64,000 bases of DNA from Chloroflexota bacterium (GTDB lineage: Bacteria; Chloroflexota; UBA11872), in the NCBI GenBank assembly GCA_026708035.1, contig JAPOVQ010000014.1, positions 2,826 to 66,825 on the forward strand, in the 5' to 3' direction. Positions 26,106 through 38,603 of the stretch are shown one piece after another; within the stretch, counting starts at the first letter, position 1; every line of letters starts with the position of its first letter. The translations under genes and the position numbers were made by a program. A model generated the notes under the pieces. The model worked only from the letters and a program-made list of their open reading frames with translations. It did no database searches and had not been told where the DNA came from.

Positions 26106-27796
26106 GACGCGCGCCGCCGCCGCACCGCGCGCACGCCGGCAATCAGGACTGCCACCACGACCAGGATCGGTCCGCCGATGATGGCGATGGTGAGTCCGGC
26201 GTCGGCGGCCCACTGGGCGAAGCGACCCAGCCGATCGACGCTCTCGCGGGCCGTTGAACCGGGGTTCCAGACATCGCGGTCGGCCACGTCCTCCGGCAGC
26301 ACCGTCAGGAACGTGGTGCTTGTGTTGTCGACGTCGGCGCGGTCCGGCTCGTCGGACGTGATCGTCGTGTCGGTCTGCAGCCGCCCCGAGTCGGCCTCCA
26401 CCCGCGCCACGTAGGTCACGAGGTCGGACAAGCCTGGGGCAATCCGCGGAAACTCCCACACGATCGTGTTGCGCGCGTCGTCAAATCGTCCGCCGCCGTC
26501 GGCGCGTACAAACTGCATGCCGTCGGACAGGCGCTCCTCGAGGCGCACGCTGCGGGCGTCGGTGTTGCCGGAGTTGCGGTACTCCAGGGTGTAGGCCACG
26601 TCCCGCCCGACAGGCACGGCGGCCGGACCGTCCTTGAAGATGGCCAGGTCCACGTGGAACGTCAGCGTGGCCTCGACGCGGTTGTTGGCGCCGTCGCTCT
26701 CCGGGCTGGATGTCGAGACCTCGGCGCGCGCCTGCATGTCAAGCGCCTCGCTCTCGAGCCTGACGTCGCTGCTGAGGAAGCGCGCCTCGCCCGGGCCGAG
26801 CCGGTCGATCGTCCACGACACCGTATGCGCGGCTGCGCTGTAGACGCCGCCGTCACTCGCGGCCAGGAAGATCATGCCCGGGTCCAGCCGATCGACGACC
26901 TCCACCTGCTTGAGGTCCACCGTGCCCTCGTTCCACACCGACAGGCTGAGGCTCGTGGAGTCATGCATTCGGAAGTGGCTGGGGACCTCGCGCATCACGA
27001 TCAAGTCCGCTGCCGGATGCAGGCGCAGCACGATCGTCGCCAGCGAGGTTTGGTTGGTCAGCACGTTGAGCTGGCCCTGAAGCACCTCGATGCGCTCACG
27101 CACATCCGTGAGCTCGCGCTGCACCTCAATGGTGTCCTGCACGCTCTGTGCCCGGGTCAGAATGTCCAGCAGCTGCTGCTCCGCGGCGGTGGCGTTGCGC
27201 AGCCGGGCGGTCAGGTCGGTGTACTGCGCCGTGACGTCCTGGCTGCGGATGTCCTCGTCGATCACCTCGGCGCCGACATTGCGCAGCGCGGCCAGCGTGG
27301 CATCGAAAGTGGCGACGGGCACGCGCACGGTGATGGTGCTCACGCGCCGCGGGTCGTCCTGCTGGATGTTGGATGCGGCGACGAACGCTCCGGAGATGCC
27401 CGCCACGATGTCTTCGACCTGGGTCACCGCGTCTGCAAGCTCGGCGACGACGACGCTCAGAGTGCCGGTCCGGATGATCTGGCGCTCGACCACGCCGCTT
27501 TCGAGTGACATCGGCGCGCTGTCGAGCGACTGCGGCGCGGCTGCCGCCGGCATTGCCGCCGGTGCCGGCGCGGCCGTCACCATCCGCTCCACCACGACCT
27601 CGACCGGCACCTCTTTGATGACCTCGACGGGCACCTCGCGCACGACCATGGCCTCCGATTCGGCAGCCATGGCCATTGCCGGCTCGGCCATCGCTCGGTC
27701 GTCGAAGTCAAGCGATTCGGCTGAGCTCTCGGCCTCGCCGCACGCCGTAAGCGCAAAGACGATCAGAACGATGAATGCCGCTCGAAAGCGCTGCAT
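26102..27796 (-). CDS. Lipoprotein with a DUF4349-like domain, DUF11-type repeat domains and a C-terminal TM anchor
   Basis: Likely start MQRFRAAFIVLIVFALTAC-G. The coiled segment ...TAQYTDLTARLRNATAAEQQLLDIL...ELTDVRERIEVLQGQLN is typical of DUF4349. Two beta-rich repeats follow (VEVVDRLDPGMIFLAASDGG and VRLEERLSDGMQFVRADGGG). The tail is hydrophobic then basic: TIAIIGGPILVVVAVLIAGVRAVRRRR. Confidence 0.7.
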   Translation of the reverse strand: MQRFRAAFIVLIVFALTACGEAESSAESLDFDDRAMAEPAMAMAAESEAMVVREVPVEVIKEVPVEVVVERMVTAAPAPAAMPAAAAPQSLDSAPMSLESGVVERQIIRTGTLSVVVAELADAVTQVEDIVAGISGAFVAASNIQQDDPRRVSTITVRVPVATFDATLAALRNVGAEVIDEDIRSQDVTAQYTDLTARLRNATAAEQQLLDILTRAQSVQDTIEVQRELTDVRERIEVLQGQLNVLTNQTSLATIVLRLHPAADLIVMREVPSHFRMHDSTSLSLSVWNEGTVDLKQVEVVDRLDPGMIFLAASDGGVYSAAAHTVSWTIDRLGPGEARFLSSDVRLESEALDMQARAEVSTSSPESDGANNRVEATLTFHVDLAIFKDGPAAVPVGRDVAYTLEYRNSGNTDARSVRLEERLSDGMQFVRADGGGRFDDARNTIVWEFPRIAPGLSDLVTYVARVEADSGRLQTDTTITSDEPDRADVDNTSTTFLTVLPEDVADRDVWNPGSTARESVDRLGRFAQWAADAGLTIAIIGGPILVVVAVLIAGVRAVRRRRAS

Positions 27797-27928
27797 GGAG
27801 ACTTCCCATCGTGTCGAGACGATCATCCGGTCCTTAAACACTACGCGCAGCGGAAACGAAACGTTCCCTCTCGGCTCAGCGAATTCGCGGACGTAGCCAG
27901 CGGGACGGTCCGAGGGCGACCCGATCGG

Positions 27929-30385
27929 TTAGTCGGAATCTCCGTCGCGGCCGTCCGCCAGCCGAGCCACGTGCAGCAGCTCCACGTCGTCCTTCATGCG
28001 CATCACGATCACGCCCGCGGCGGTACGGCTGAGCGGCCGCACTCCCTTTAGGCTGCAGCGAATCACCTGCCCGTCGGACGAAACCAGTACGATCTCCTCG
28101 TCCGGGCTGAGCAACGTGCGAGCGTCCGCAACGGGGCCAGTCTTCTCGTTGAGGCCTATCGCGCGCAGGCCTCGTCCGCCAGGGCCTTGAGGACGGTGCA
28201 AGAGAAGTCGGAACTCCGACACACGAGTCTTTTTGCCGTAGCCGTTGCGGGTAACCAGCAGCACGTAGGCGTCCTGGCGCGCCAAGTCCATGGCTGCGAT
28301 CTCATCGTCCTTAGCGAGCCTGATGGCGCGCACCCCGCCGCTCGTGCGGCCGCTGGCGCGCACAGCTTCGAGACGAAATCGAATAGCCATCCCCTGCCGC
28401 GTGAAGAACATCACGCTGTCTTCTTCGGTGGCCAGGCGCACCCAGGCCAGCTCGTCGTCGGGATCTACTCTCATGGCCAGCAGGCCGTTACTGCGTACGG
28501 TGACGAACTGGGTAAGCGGGCTGCGCTTGACCTTGCCGCGGCGTGTTCCGAACACCAGGTCCTCGCCCGCCTCGAAGTTTGGAATGGCCAGGACGGCCGT
28601 GGCCGTTTCGCCCTGCTCGATGGGCAGCAGGTTGATCACGTTGATGCCCTGCGCGTCGCGGCCGTGCTGGGGAATTTCATAAGTCCGCAGCCGGTAGACC
28701 TTGCCGCGGTTGGTGAAGAACAGCAGGTAGTCGTGCGAGTTGGTGATTAGGAAGTGCTCGACGATCCCGCCCGCCTTGCTGCGGAAGCCGATGATTCCGC
28801 GACCGCCGCGGCCCTGGCGGCGGTAGGCGGTCGCTTGCACTCGCTTGACATAACCATTGGACGACAGCGTAACCAGGCAATCCTCGTCGGCCACCAGGTC
28901 GGCGTCCGAGAAATCGCCGCTCGCGCCGGCCAGGATCTCGGTGCGGCGCTCGTCGCCGAAGCGATCCACCACCTCGCGGGTTTCGGTCCGAATGATCTCC
29001 CGCACACGGTTGGCGTCGGCCAGGATGTCCTCCAGGTCGGCGATCTCGGCCCGCACGGCCTCAAGCTCATCAAGGATGCGCTGCCGCTCCAGTCGCACCA
29101 ACCGGCGCAGCTGCATGTCGAGAATCGCGTTGGCCTGCGTCTCGGAAAGTTCGAATCGACGCATGAGCTCGTTTCGTGCGGATTCCGTGTCGGCGGCGGC
29201 GCGAATGCACTCGATTACGTCGTCGATGTTGTCCAGCGCGATGACGTAGCCCTCGAGCAGGTGCTCCCGGACGCGAGCCTTTTTGAGATCGAATTCCGTC
29301 CGCCGGCGGATCACATCCTTCCGGTGCTCGATGAATAGCTCGATCATGCGCTTGAGCGTCAGCTGCTCGGGCCGACCGTCGACCAGGGCCAGCATGTTGA
29401 TGCTGAAGGTGGATTGCAGCGACGTGTGCTTGTAGAGCTGGTTGAGCACGGCCGAGGGCCGGGCGTCACGCTTCAACTCGATCACCGCACGCATGCCGTG
29501 GCGGTCGGACTCGTCGCGGATGTCCGAGATTCCCTCGATGGTGCTGTTGCGCACCAGGCCCGCGATCCGCTCGATCAGCGTGGCCTTGTTGACCATGTAG
29601 GGCAGCTCGGTGACGACCAAGGCCATGCGCTCGCCGCGGACCTCTTCGATCGTGACCCGGGCCCGCACCACCACGCGACCCCGGCCCTGCCGATAGGTGT
29701 CCTGGATGTCCTCGGCGCCGACGATGATCGCCGCCGTTGGGAAATCCGGTCCCTTCACGAACTTCATCAGGTCGTCGCGGCTCGTGTCTGGTTCGTCGAG
29801 CAGGTGCTGGATCGCCCGGCCCACCTCGCGCAGGTTGTGCGGCGGGATGCTCGTGGCCATCCCGACGGCAATGCCCGTCGAGCCGTTCAGCAACAGATTG
29901 GGCACCACGGCCGGCAGGACTTCCGGCATTTCGGCCGTCCCGTCAAAATTCTCGACGAAGTTCACTGTGTCGCGATCGATTTCGTCCAGCATCTCGGCCG
30001 ACACCGCCGTCAGCCGGGTCTCGGTGTACCGCATGGCGGCAGCCGGATCGCCGTCCACCGAGCCGAAGTTGCCTTGGCCGTCCACGAGCGGGTAGCGCAG
30101 CGAAAACGGCTGCGCCATGCGCACCAGCGTGTCGTACAGCGCGCCGTCGCCGTGGGGGTGATATTTCCCCATCGTGTCGCCCACCACGCGCGCCGCCTTG
30201 CGAAATCCCGCGTTGGGCGCCGCCCCTAGCTCGTCCATCGAATAGAGGAGCCGGCGTTGCACCGGCTTGAGCCCGTCGCGCACGTCGGGAATGGCGCGCG
30301 CCATGATGGTGCTCATGGCGTAGTCGATGTACGAGGCTTCCATCTCCTCGGCGAGCTCGATGGGCATGAGGCGGTCGTCGGTCAC
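27929..30385 (-). CDS. gyrA: DNA gyrase subunit A
   Basis: 818 aa. Blocks DGLKPVQRR and AAMRYTE. The GyrA-box-like [10 protein letters not shown] favours gyrase over topo IV. GTG start abuts the moaC stop. Confidence 0.95.
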   Translation of the reverse strand: MTDDRLMPIELAEEMEASYIDYAMSTIMARAIPDVRDGLKPVQRRLLYSMDELGAAPNAGFRKAARVVGDTMGKYHPHGDGALYDTLVRMAQPFSLRYPLVDGQGNFGSVDGDPAAAMRYTETRLTAVSAEMLDEIDRDTVNFVENFDGTAEMPEVLPAVVPNLLLNGSTGIAVGMATSIPPHNLREVGRAIQHLLDEPDTSRDDLMKFVKGPDFPTAAIIVGAEDIQDTYRQGRGRVVVRARVTIEEVRGERMALVVTELPYMVNKATLIERIAGLVRNSTIEGISDIRDESDRHGMRAVIELKRDARPSAVLNQLYKHTSLQSTFSINMLALVDGRPEQLTLKRMIELFIEHRKDVIRRRTEFDLKKARVREHLLEGYVIALDNIDDVIECIRAAADTESARNELMRRFELSETQANAILDMQLRRLVRLERQRILDELEAVRAEIADLEDILADANRVREIIRTETREVVDRFGDERRTEILAGASGDFSDADLVADEDCLVTLSSNGYVKRVQATAYRRQGRGGRGIIGFRSKAGGIVEHFLITNSHDYLLFFTNRGKVYRLRTYEIPQHGRDAQGINVINLLPIEQGETATAVLAIPNFEAGEDLVFGTRRGKVKRSPLTQFVTVRSNGLLAMRVDPDDELAWVRLATEEDSVMFFTRQGMAIRFRLEAVRASGRTSGGVRAIRLAKDDEIAAMDLARQDAYVLLVTRNGYGKKTRVSEFRLLLHRPQGPGGRGLRAIGLNEKTGPVADARTLLSPDEEIVLVSSDGQVIRCSLKGVRPLSRTAAGVIVMRMKDDVELLHVARLADGRDGDSD

Positions 30386-30898
30386 TTAGCTCTCCCTCAC
30401 CGGCTGCTCGGCGGCCTGAAAGTCGCCGCTCGCGCCACCGGACTTTTGTATGAGGCGCACGTCGCGCACGGTCATCGCGCGGTCGACGGCTTTGCACATG
30501 TCGTAGACCGTCAGCGCGGCGACGGTGACGGCGGTCAAGGCCTCCATCTCCACGCCCGTGCGGGCAGTGGTGCGCACCGTGGCTTCGATGGCCAGCCCCG
30601 GCGGGTCCTCCGCGGGATCGATGGCCAGGTCAATGCCGCTCAGCGGCAGCGGGTGGCACAGCGGAATGAGGTCCGGCGTGCGCTTGGCCGCCATGATCCC
30701 GGCCACCCGCGCCACGCCCACGACATCGCCCTTTGGCAACGACGACTCGCGGCCGTCCAACTGCGCGCGAATCATGGCCAGCGTTTCGGGCTGCATCTCG
30801 ATTCGCGCCGCCGCCACCGCCACGCGGTCGGTCTCTGGTTTTGCGCCGACATCCACCATGCGCGGAGCCCCGGCACCGTCGAAGTGCGTCAGCCCCAT
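30386..30898 (-). CDS. moaC: Cyclic pyranopterin monophosphate synthase MoaC
   Basis: MGLTHFD...MVDVGAK...DLIPLCHPL...[19 protein letters not shown]. The ATG at 30896-30898 gives the typical length of about 170 aa. The track ORF extends to 31057. Confidence 0.9.
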   Translation of the reverse strand: MGLTHFDGAGAPRMVDVGAKPETDRVAVAAARIEMQPETLAMIRAQLDGRESSLPKGDVVGVARVAGIMAAKRTPDLIPLCHPLPLSGIDLAIDPAEDPPGLAIEATVRTTARTGVEMEALTAVTVAALTVYDMCKAVDRAMTVRDVRLIQKSGGASGDFQAAEQPVRES

Positions 30899-31244
30899 GC
30901 GTGCTTGGTGGACTCCCTTGGACGCGATGAACCGGCCGAATTCTCCCGGGACCAATTCTATCAGGTTGGCCGCGGAAATCGGCATCGCCCGGCGCTTGGC
31001 GGCGGCGCCGCGCACGAGAGCCGGAGGCGACGATTGGCGGCCTGGCGGCGAGCCCATGAATTGTCGGGATTTTGTTGCTGCAAACGCCCCCGTAGGCGGT
31101 GCGGGTCACCTTCCCAGGTCCGCATGGCGTAACTCGGAAAGCCGGATGCTCACCGCTGCCGGCGGCCCGAGGGTCGTACGCCCCGCCGCGACGCGGGCGG
31201 TCCTAGCGGGCGGCTCGGGAACGCGTGTGGTCGGCAGGCCCGCG

Positions 31245-31274
31245 TTGACACGCCGACGGCGCGCTACCTAGCAT
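31245..31274 (+). promoter_or_regulatory. Candidate sigma-70-type promoter (TTGACA - 18 nt - TAGCAT)
   Basis: TTGACA at 31245-31250 and TAGCAT at 31269-31274, about 19 nt upstream of the ATG at 31293. Sequence match only. Confidence 0.35.
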
Positions 31275-31292
31275 CCGCGTGGGACTCAGGCG

Positions 31293-31505
31293 ATGGCGCA
31301 CATGCACGACGACACAAACGACCAGACCGATCGCCCACAGGGCGGGTCCATTGTCGGCCAGAGCGGACAGGGCGTTGTCGGCTACGCGCTGGTCGCCGTG
31401 GCATTCGTAGTCGTGCTGGTTCTGGTAATGACGACCCTGGGCGATAGCATTGGGGAGGGTCTCGACAGCCTGTTGGAGACCATCTCCCAGCCATTCACGA
31501 GCTAG
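31293..31505 (+). CDS. Flp/Fap-type pilin-like small membrane protein
   Basis: 70 aa. GQGVVGYALVAVAFVVVLVLVMTTLGDSIGEGLDSLL resembles the Flp G/xxxxEY prepilin motif followed by a hydrophobic helix, but with Gly where the conserved Glu is expected. Confidence 0.4.
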   Translation: MAHMHDDTNDQTDRPQGGSIVGQSGQGVVGYALVAVAFVVVLVLVMTTLGDSIGEGLDSLLETISQPFTS

Positions 31506-31509
31506 CGGC

Positions 31510-34014
<2,505 letters not shown>

Positions 34015-34075
34015 CCCAGACCGGCGGCGCGTCCGGGGCGGGTCAGGCGCCTCGAAGCTGAAGCCAGTTGGCGAG

Positions 34076-34780
34076 ATGGCCCGGGCTCTCGGGCGCGGGC
34101 TTGCGGACATCATCTTCCCGCCCGTCTGCGCCGGGTGCGGAGCGCTTGGCGACGGCATTTGCGACGTTTGCCTTTCTCAGCTCGAACCCCTACCGCGTCC
34201 CTGCTGCCGCCAGTGCAATCGGAGGCTGGAACACGGTGACCAGTGCGCCGCATGCCGTCACCAGCAACGGCGAATCGACCAGGTGTTCGTGCGCTATCCG
34301 TACGAGACGCCCGTGCGCGATGCGATTCTGCGCCTCAAGTTTCGCAACAAGCGATACCTCGCCGGGGCGCTGGCACGGGTCGCGGCGGAGGCGCTGTCCA
34401 GCCCGCCGGATATCGATGCGCTCGTTCCGATTCCGCTGGGTCCCGCGCGAGAACGTGAGCGCGGCTTCAACCAAAGCGCGCTCATCGCGGCTCAATTGAC
34501 CGAAATGCTGGCGGTGCCGGTGCTGGACCAGCATCTAATCCGCCACCGCGATACGGTTCCCCAGACCTCGCTGGTGCGGGAAGCCCGCTGGCGAAACGTG
34601 ATTGGCGCGTTCACCTGCCTGCACAACCTGAGCGGCGCCCGTGTGCTGCTCGTCGACGATGTGGCGGCAACCGGAGCAACGCTCGATGCCGCGGCCCGAG
34701 CGCTGCGACGTCGCGGCGCGACCTGGGTTGGGGCGGTGGTGGCGGCGCGACCGCCGCCGGATCGCCCGCTCGCGCCATGA
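34076..34780 (+). CDS. ComF family protein (phosphoribosyltransferase domain)
   Basis: N-terminal Cys-rich zinc-finger-like region (PPVCAGCG...CDVC...CCRQC...CAAC). The PRT motif is VLLVDDVAATGATL. Confidence 0.8.
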   Translation: MARALGRGLADIIFPPVCAGCGALGDGICDVCLSQLEPLPRPCCRQCNRRLEHGDQCAACRHQQRRIDQVFVRYPYETPVRDAILRLKFRNKRYLAGALARVAAEALSSPPDIDALVPIPLGPARERERGFNQSALIAAQLTEMLAVPVLDQHLIRHRDTVPQTSLVREARWRNVIGAFTCLHNLSGARVLLVDDVAATGATLDAAARALRRRGATWVGAVVAARPPPDRPLAP

Positions 34781-34874
34781 AGCCATCTATCCACACCCTG
34801 TTGATATACTCCGCGGTCTAACTCCGGGGGGCGTGCGGCCATAACTCTTTGCCGCGACCCGCGTTTCAGACTGT

Positions 34875-35765
34875 GTGATGCCTGTGCGTGACCTCCTTGC
34901 CGGCCGTCGGCGCGGTGGCGTCCCAGCCGATCTCTGGGTCACGTGCCGCAAGTGCGGCGCCATGCATTACCGTCCGGAGTTCGAGGCGGGGCTGCACGTG
35001 TGCACCCGCTGCAACTACCACGACCGCCTGACGGTCGGCCAGAGGCTTGATCTCCTCTTGGACGACGCCGAGGGCTTCCGGGAATTGGCGGCGGATGTGC
35101 TGACGTCCGATCCGCTCAACTTCTCCAGGCCAAGCGGGCGCTACCCAGACCGCGTGGCCAAAGCCCAGGCTTCCACCGGGCGCTCCGAGGCCGTCGTGTG
35201 CGGCGTGGGGCACATCCAGGGCCACGAGGTGGCGGTGGGAGTCATGGAATTCGGCTTCATCGCCGGCAGCATGGGCGGGGCCGCCGGTGAGCGCATCGCC
35301 CGGCTCTTCGAGCTTGCTCAGGAACGGCGCATTCCGCTGGTGATGGTGACCTCGTCCGGCGGCGCCCGGCAGGACGAAGGTGTCTTTGCCTTGATGCAGA
35401 TGGCAAAGACAACCGCCGCCGCCGCGCGTCTTGCCGCTGCCGGGGTGCCCTATATCGCACTCATGGCAGATCCCACCCTGGCCGGCGTGACGGCCAGCTT
35501 CGCGGCAGTTGCCGACATCATCATTGGCGAGCCGGGCGCCACGATTCGCTTCGCGGGCTCGCGCGTCGTGCAAGGGACGCTGAGCCGCCGGGCGCAGGCC
35601 GACGACCACACCGCCGAGTGGGTGCTTCGGCGTGGCATGCTCGACGCGGTCGTTCCTCGGCGCGACCAGCGCCGCACGATCGGCCGACTCATCGAGCTGT
35701 TGGCGCCCGCCCAGGCGTCTCTGCCCGCCGAGGTTGTTGACGCGGCCCGCACGCGGCTGGGCTAG
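34875..35765 (+). CDS. accD: Acetyl-CoA carboxylase carboxyltransferase subunit beta
   Basis: Zn-ribbon CRKCGAMHYRPEFEAGLHVCTRCNYH, followed by the GFIAGSMG carboxyltransferase core. Confidence 0.9.
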   Translation: MMPVRDLLAGRRRGGVPADLWVTCRKCGAMHYRPEFEAGLHVCTRCNYHDRLTVGQRLDLLLDDAEGFRELAADVLTSDPLNFSRPSGRYPDRVAKAQASTGRSEAVVCGVGHIQGHEVAVGVMEFGFIAGSMGGAAGERIARLFELAQERRIPLVMVTSSGGARQDEGVFALMQMAKTTAAAARLAAAGVPYIALMADPTLAGVTASFAAVADIIIGEPGATIRFAGSRVVQGTLSRRAQADDHTAEWVLRRGMLDAVVPRRDQRRTIGRLIELLAPAQASLPAEVVDAARTRLG

Positions 35766-35777
35766 CGAGCGCCGGCC

Positions 35778-36788
35778 ATGCTGGACTTCGAGCGCGACCT
35801 CGACGAGTTGCGGAGCCGCATCGCGGAGCTTGAAGCGGAGAGCGATGTGGATTCCGCGTCGGACGTGCTGCGGCAGCTTGAGCTGATGCAGCTCGAGCTT
35901 GAGGCGCGTACCGCCGACGTGTTTTCTCGACTGACGCCCTGGCAGCGGGTACAGCTGGCCCGCCATCGCGATCGGCCCCACACGCTTGACTTCATCGAGC
36001 GCATGATCGACGGCTTCGTCGAGTTGCACGGCGATCGGCGCCACGGCGACGACATGGCCGTCGTTGGCGGCGTGGGTTCGCTGCACGAGCGGCGGGTCGT
36101 GGTGGTCGGTCATCAGAAGGGTCGTGACACTCGCCAGAATGTCGAGCGAAACTTTGGCATGGCCCACCCCGAGGGCTATCGCAAGGCCATCCGGCTATTC
36201 AAGCTGGCCGCGCGGTTTGGTCTCCCGGTCATCACCTTGCTCGACACGCCAGGGGCCGGGCCGGCGTTGGAGGATGAGGAGCGTGGCCAGTCGTGGGCCA
36301 TCGCCGAGAGCATGGCCGTTATGGCGCGTCTGGAGACGCCCATCATCGTCGCGGTCATTGGCGAAGGCGGCAGCGGCGGCGCCCTGGCGATGGGCGTTGG
36401 CGATCGCATCTTGATGCTGGAACACGCCATCTACTCCGTGGCCTCGCCGGAGGCCGCGGCCGCGATCATTTGGCGGGACTCGAAGTTCGCGGAGCGCGCC
36501 GCCGAAGCCCTTGGACTGACCTCGGATGTGCTCTACGCGGCGGATCTCATCGACCGCATCGTCCCCGAACCGCCCGGCGGCGCCCACCGCGACTACGACG
36601 CCACTGCCGAGAATCTCAAGGCGGTGCTCGTCGACGCGCTGGATGAGCTTCAGGCCATCGCGCCCGCCGACCTGGTCGCTGAGCGGTACGCCAAGTTTCG
36701 CGCGATGAGCGCCCACGTGGAGTCGACGCCGGACGATGCGGTGGTCGACGGTGCAGGCGTCGTGCCGGAGAACCGTCACGGCCTATAG
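35778..36788 (+). CDS. accA: Acetyl-CoA carboxylase carboxyltransferase subunit alpha
   Basis: MLDFERDLDELRSRIAELE..., RPHTLDFI, LLDTPGAGP and VIGEGGSGGALA. Confidence 0.9.
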   Translation: MLDFERDLDELRSRIAELEAESDVDSASDVLRQLELMQLELEARTADVFSRLTPWQRVQLARHRDRPHTLDFIERMIDGFVELHGDRRHGDDMAVVGGVGSLHERRVVVVGHQKGRDTRQNVERNFGMAHPEGYRKAIRLFKLAARFGLPVITLLDTPGAGPALEDEERGQSWAIAESMAVMARLETPIIVAVIGEGGSGGALAMGVGDRILMLEHAIYSVASPEAAAAIIWRDSKFAERAAEALGLTSDVLYAADLIDRIVPEPPGGAHRDYDATAENLKAVLVDALDELQAIAPADLVAERYAKFRAMSAHVESTPDDAVVDGAGVVPENRHGL

Positions 36789-36839
36789 CCCTTCGACGCG
36801 TTGCCGACGGCCCGGACGGCGCCCGCGTATTGAGTTGCC

Positions 36840-37709
36840 GTGCTAAACGTCCGTCGGACGGCCGTGCTGGCCGGACTCAGTGCCCTCGGGCTGGTGGCTC
36901 GCTCGGTCGCGCAAGCGTCCGACGCGGTGGCGGCGCCGGTAGCCGTGCCGCTTGCGCGGCTGCCGCGGGCGCTCGACGGGCTGACGATCCAAGTAGTGTC
37001 CGACCTTCATGTGCGCTCGCCGCGCACGCCCAGCTTGAATGCCTTGCGCCGGCTCGCCGGTACCCGCCCGGATTTCCTGTTCGCCTGCGGCGACCTCAGC
37101 GACCGGGTTGACGCCGCGCCGTTCGTGGCCGAGGCGCTGGCGGCGATTGAGCCCGTGCACGGCGCCTATGCGGTCTGGGGGAATCACGACCTGTTCGTAT
37201 CCCGTGCGGCGACCGACCCGGCGTGGATCGGCTATCGCACCCAGCCGCTGGGATTCATACGGCAGGCGTGTCAGGCGCAGGGCGTCACGGTGCTCGACAA
37301 CGCGCACGCGCGCCACCGGATTGGCGGCGCGGAGTTGGCCATTGTTGGCATCGGTGACGCGACCCATCGGGGCGACGACGCGGCGCGTGCCTTTGATGGT
37401 GTCGACGAGGACGCCTTCACCCTTTTGCTGACGCACAATCCCGACGCCGTACCGCGCCTCGGGGAAGCGCGGGTGGACCTCGTGGTGTGCGGGCATACCC
37501 ACGGCGGGCAAATTGTGCCCCCGCTCATGTCTGCCCCGATGACCAGTACGCGCTCGCCGCTTCCCAGGGCCAGCGGGCTGATGCACATCGACGGCCGGCT
37601 CGTGTATATCACTCGTGGGGTCGGCACGGTCGGAATTCCCATGCGAGTGAATGCGCCGGCGGAACTACCGCGGCTGACGCTGGTTCGCGTGGCTGAGCCC
37701 GCCCGGTAG
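36840..37709 (+). CDS. Metallophosphoesterase (calcineurin-like, YkuE-type) with signal/TM N-terminus
   Basis: VVSDLHV, CGDLSD, WGNHD and CGHTHGGQI. Confidence 0.75.
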   Translation: MLNVRRTAVLAGLSALGLVARSVAQASDAVAAPVAVPLARLPRALDGLTIQVVSDLHVRSPRTPSLNALRRLAGTRPDFLFACGDLSDRVDAAPFVAEALAAIEPVHGAYAVWGNHDLFVSRAATDPAWIGYRTQPLGFIRQACQAQGVTVLDNAHARHRIGGAELAIVGIGDATHRGDDAARAFDGVDEDAFTLLLTHNPDAVPRLGEARVDLVVCGHTHGGQIVPPLMSAPMTSTRSPLPRASGLMHIDGRLVYITRGVGTVGIPMRVNAPAELPRLTLVRVAEPAR

Positions 37710-37829
37710 GCTTGACGTTGTACTCCGGCCCCTTAGGGGCGCCCCTTGTGGACGCCCGTCCGGCGGTCTTGCACGATCGGTCGCCGGGTGCGTGGTTCAC
37801 CGAGCGCCGCGGAGAAACAGGAGTCACTG

Positions 37830-38603
37830 ATGGACCTTGGCCTTAATGACCGCGTCGCGCTCGTCACCGGTGGGAGCCGCGGCATTGGCCGGGCGATCGC
37901 TCACGGGCTCGCGGCCGAAGGCTGCGACGTGGCCATCGTCGCGCGCGGCGGGGATGACCTGCGCCGCACGGCTGCCGAGATCTCGGCGCTTGGGGTTCGC
38001 GCACACTCGCTCTCGCTGGACATGCGCGACGCCGCGGCGCCGGCGCAGGCCGTCGGGCGCACGGTGGCCGAGCTCGGCGGCATCAGCGTATTGGTCAACA
38101 ACGTCGGCGGCTCGATGGGCGACAGCGACTTTGCGACGGGCACCGACGACCAGTGGTCCGCGACGTTCGACGTCAACCTGAGCGCCGCCGTTCGAGCCAG
38201 TCGCGCGGCGGTGCCGCTCATGAAGGCTGCCGGCTGGGGCCGCATCGTGCACATCACGTCCGTCTACGGGCGCGAGGGTGGCGGCCCTCCCGCCTACAAC
38301 GCCGCGAAGTCGGCGATGAACAGCCTGGCGACGTCGATGGCGCGCGAGTTGGCGCCATTCGGCATCACGGTCAATGCCGTGGCGCCGGGATCGATCGTGT
38401 TTCCGGGCGGCGGCTGGGAGCGGCGCCAGCGCCGCGATCCGGAGGGAATCGCGGCGTTCGTCGAGCGCGACATGCCCATGGGACGATTTGGCCGTCCCGA
38501 GGAAGTGGCCGCGGTGGTGGCGTTCCTCGCCTCGGAACAGGCCAGTCTCGTCACCGGCGCCTGCATCAACGTAGACGGCGGGCAGTCCCGCTCGAATATC
38601 TAG
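37830..38603 (+). CDS. SDR family oxidoreductase (FabG-like)
   Basis: TGGSRGIGRAIA, catalytic YNAAK, and PGSIVFPG. The ATG at 37830 lies inside track ORF 37746..38603. Confidence 0.85.
   Translation: MDLGLNDRVALVTGGSRGIGRAIAHGLAAEGCDVAIVARGGDDLRRTAAEISALGVRAHSLSLDMRDAAAPAQAVGRTVAELGGISVLVNNVGGSMGDSDFATGTDDQWSATFDVNLSAAVRASRAAVPLMKAAGWGRIVHITSVYGREGGGPPAYNAAKSAMNSLATSMARELAPFGITVNAVAPGSIVFPGGGWERRQRRDPEGIAAFVERDMPMGRFGRPEEVAAVVAFLASEQASLVTGACINVDGGQSRSNI

Noticed and set aside
27929-30385. Alternative call of topoisomerase IV ParC instead of GyrA
   Set aside because: The GyrA-box-like QGRGGRG motif at the start of the C-terminal beta-pinwheel favours gyrase. No parE or gyrB neighbour is available to settle it, so a small doubt remains.
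30899-31100. Possible Moco riboswitch upstream of moaC (a gcctccggctc segment resembles part of the motif as I remember it)
   Set aside because: The match is a single short segment lying about 130 nt from the start codon. I cannot reconstruct the conserved stems, and my memory of the consensus is incomplete. It needs a covariance-model scan before any claim.
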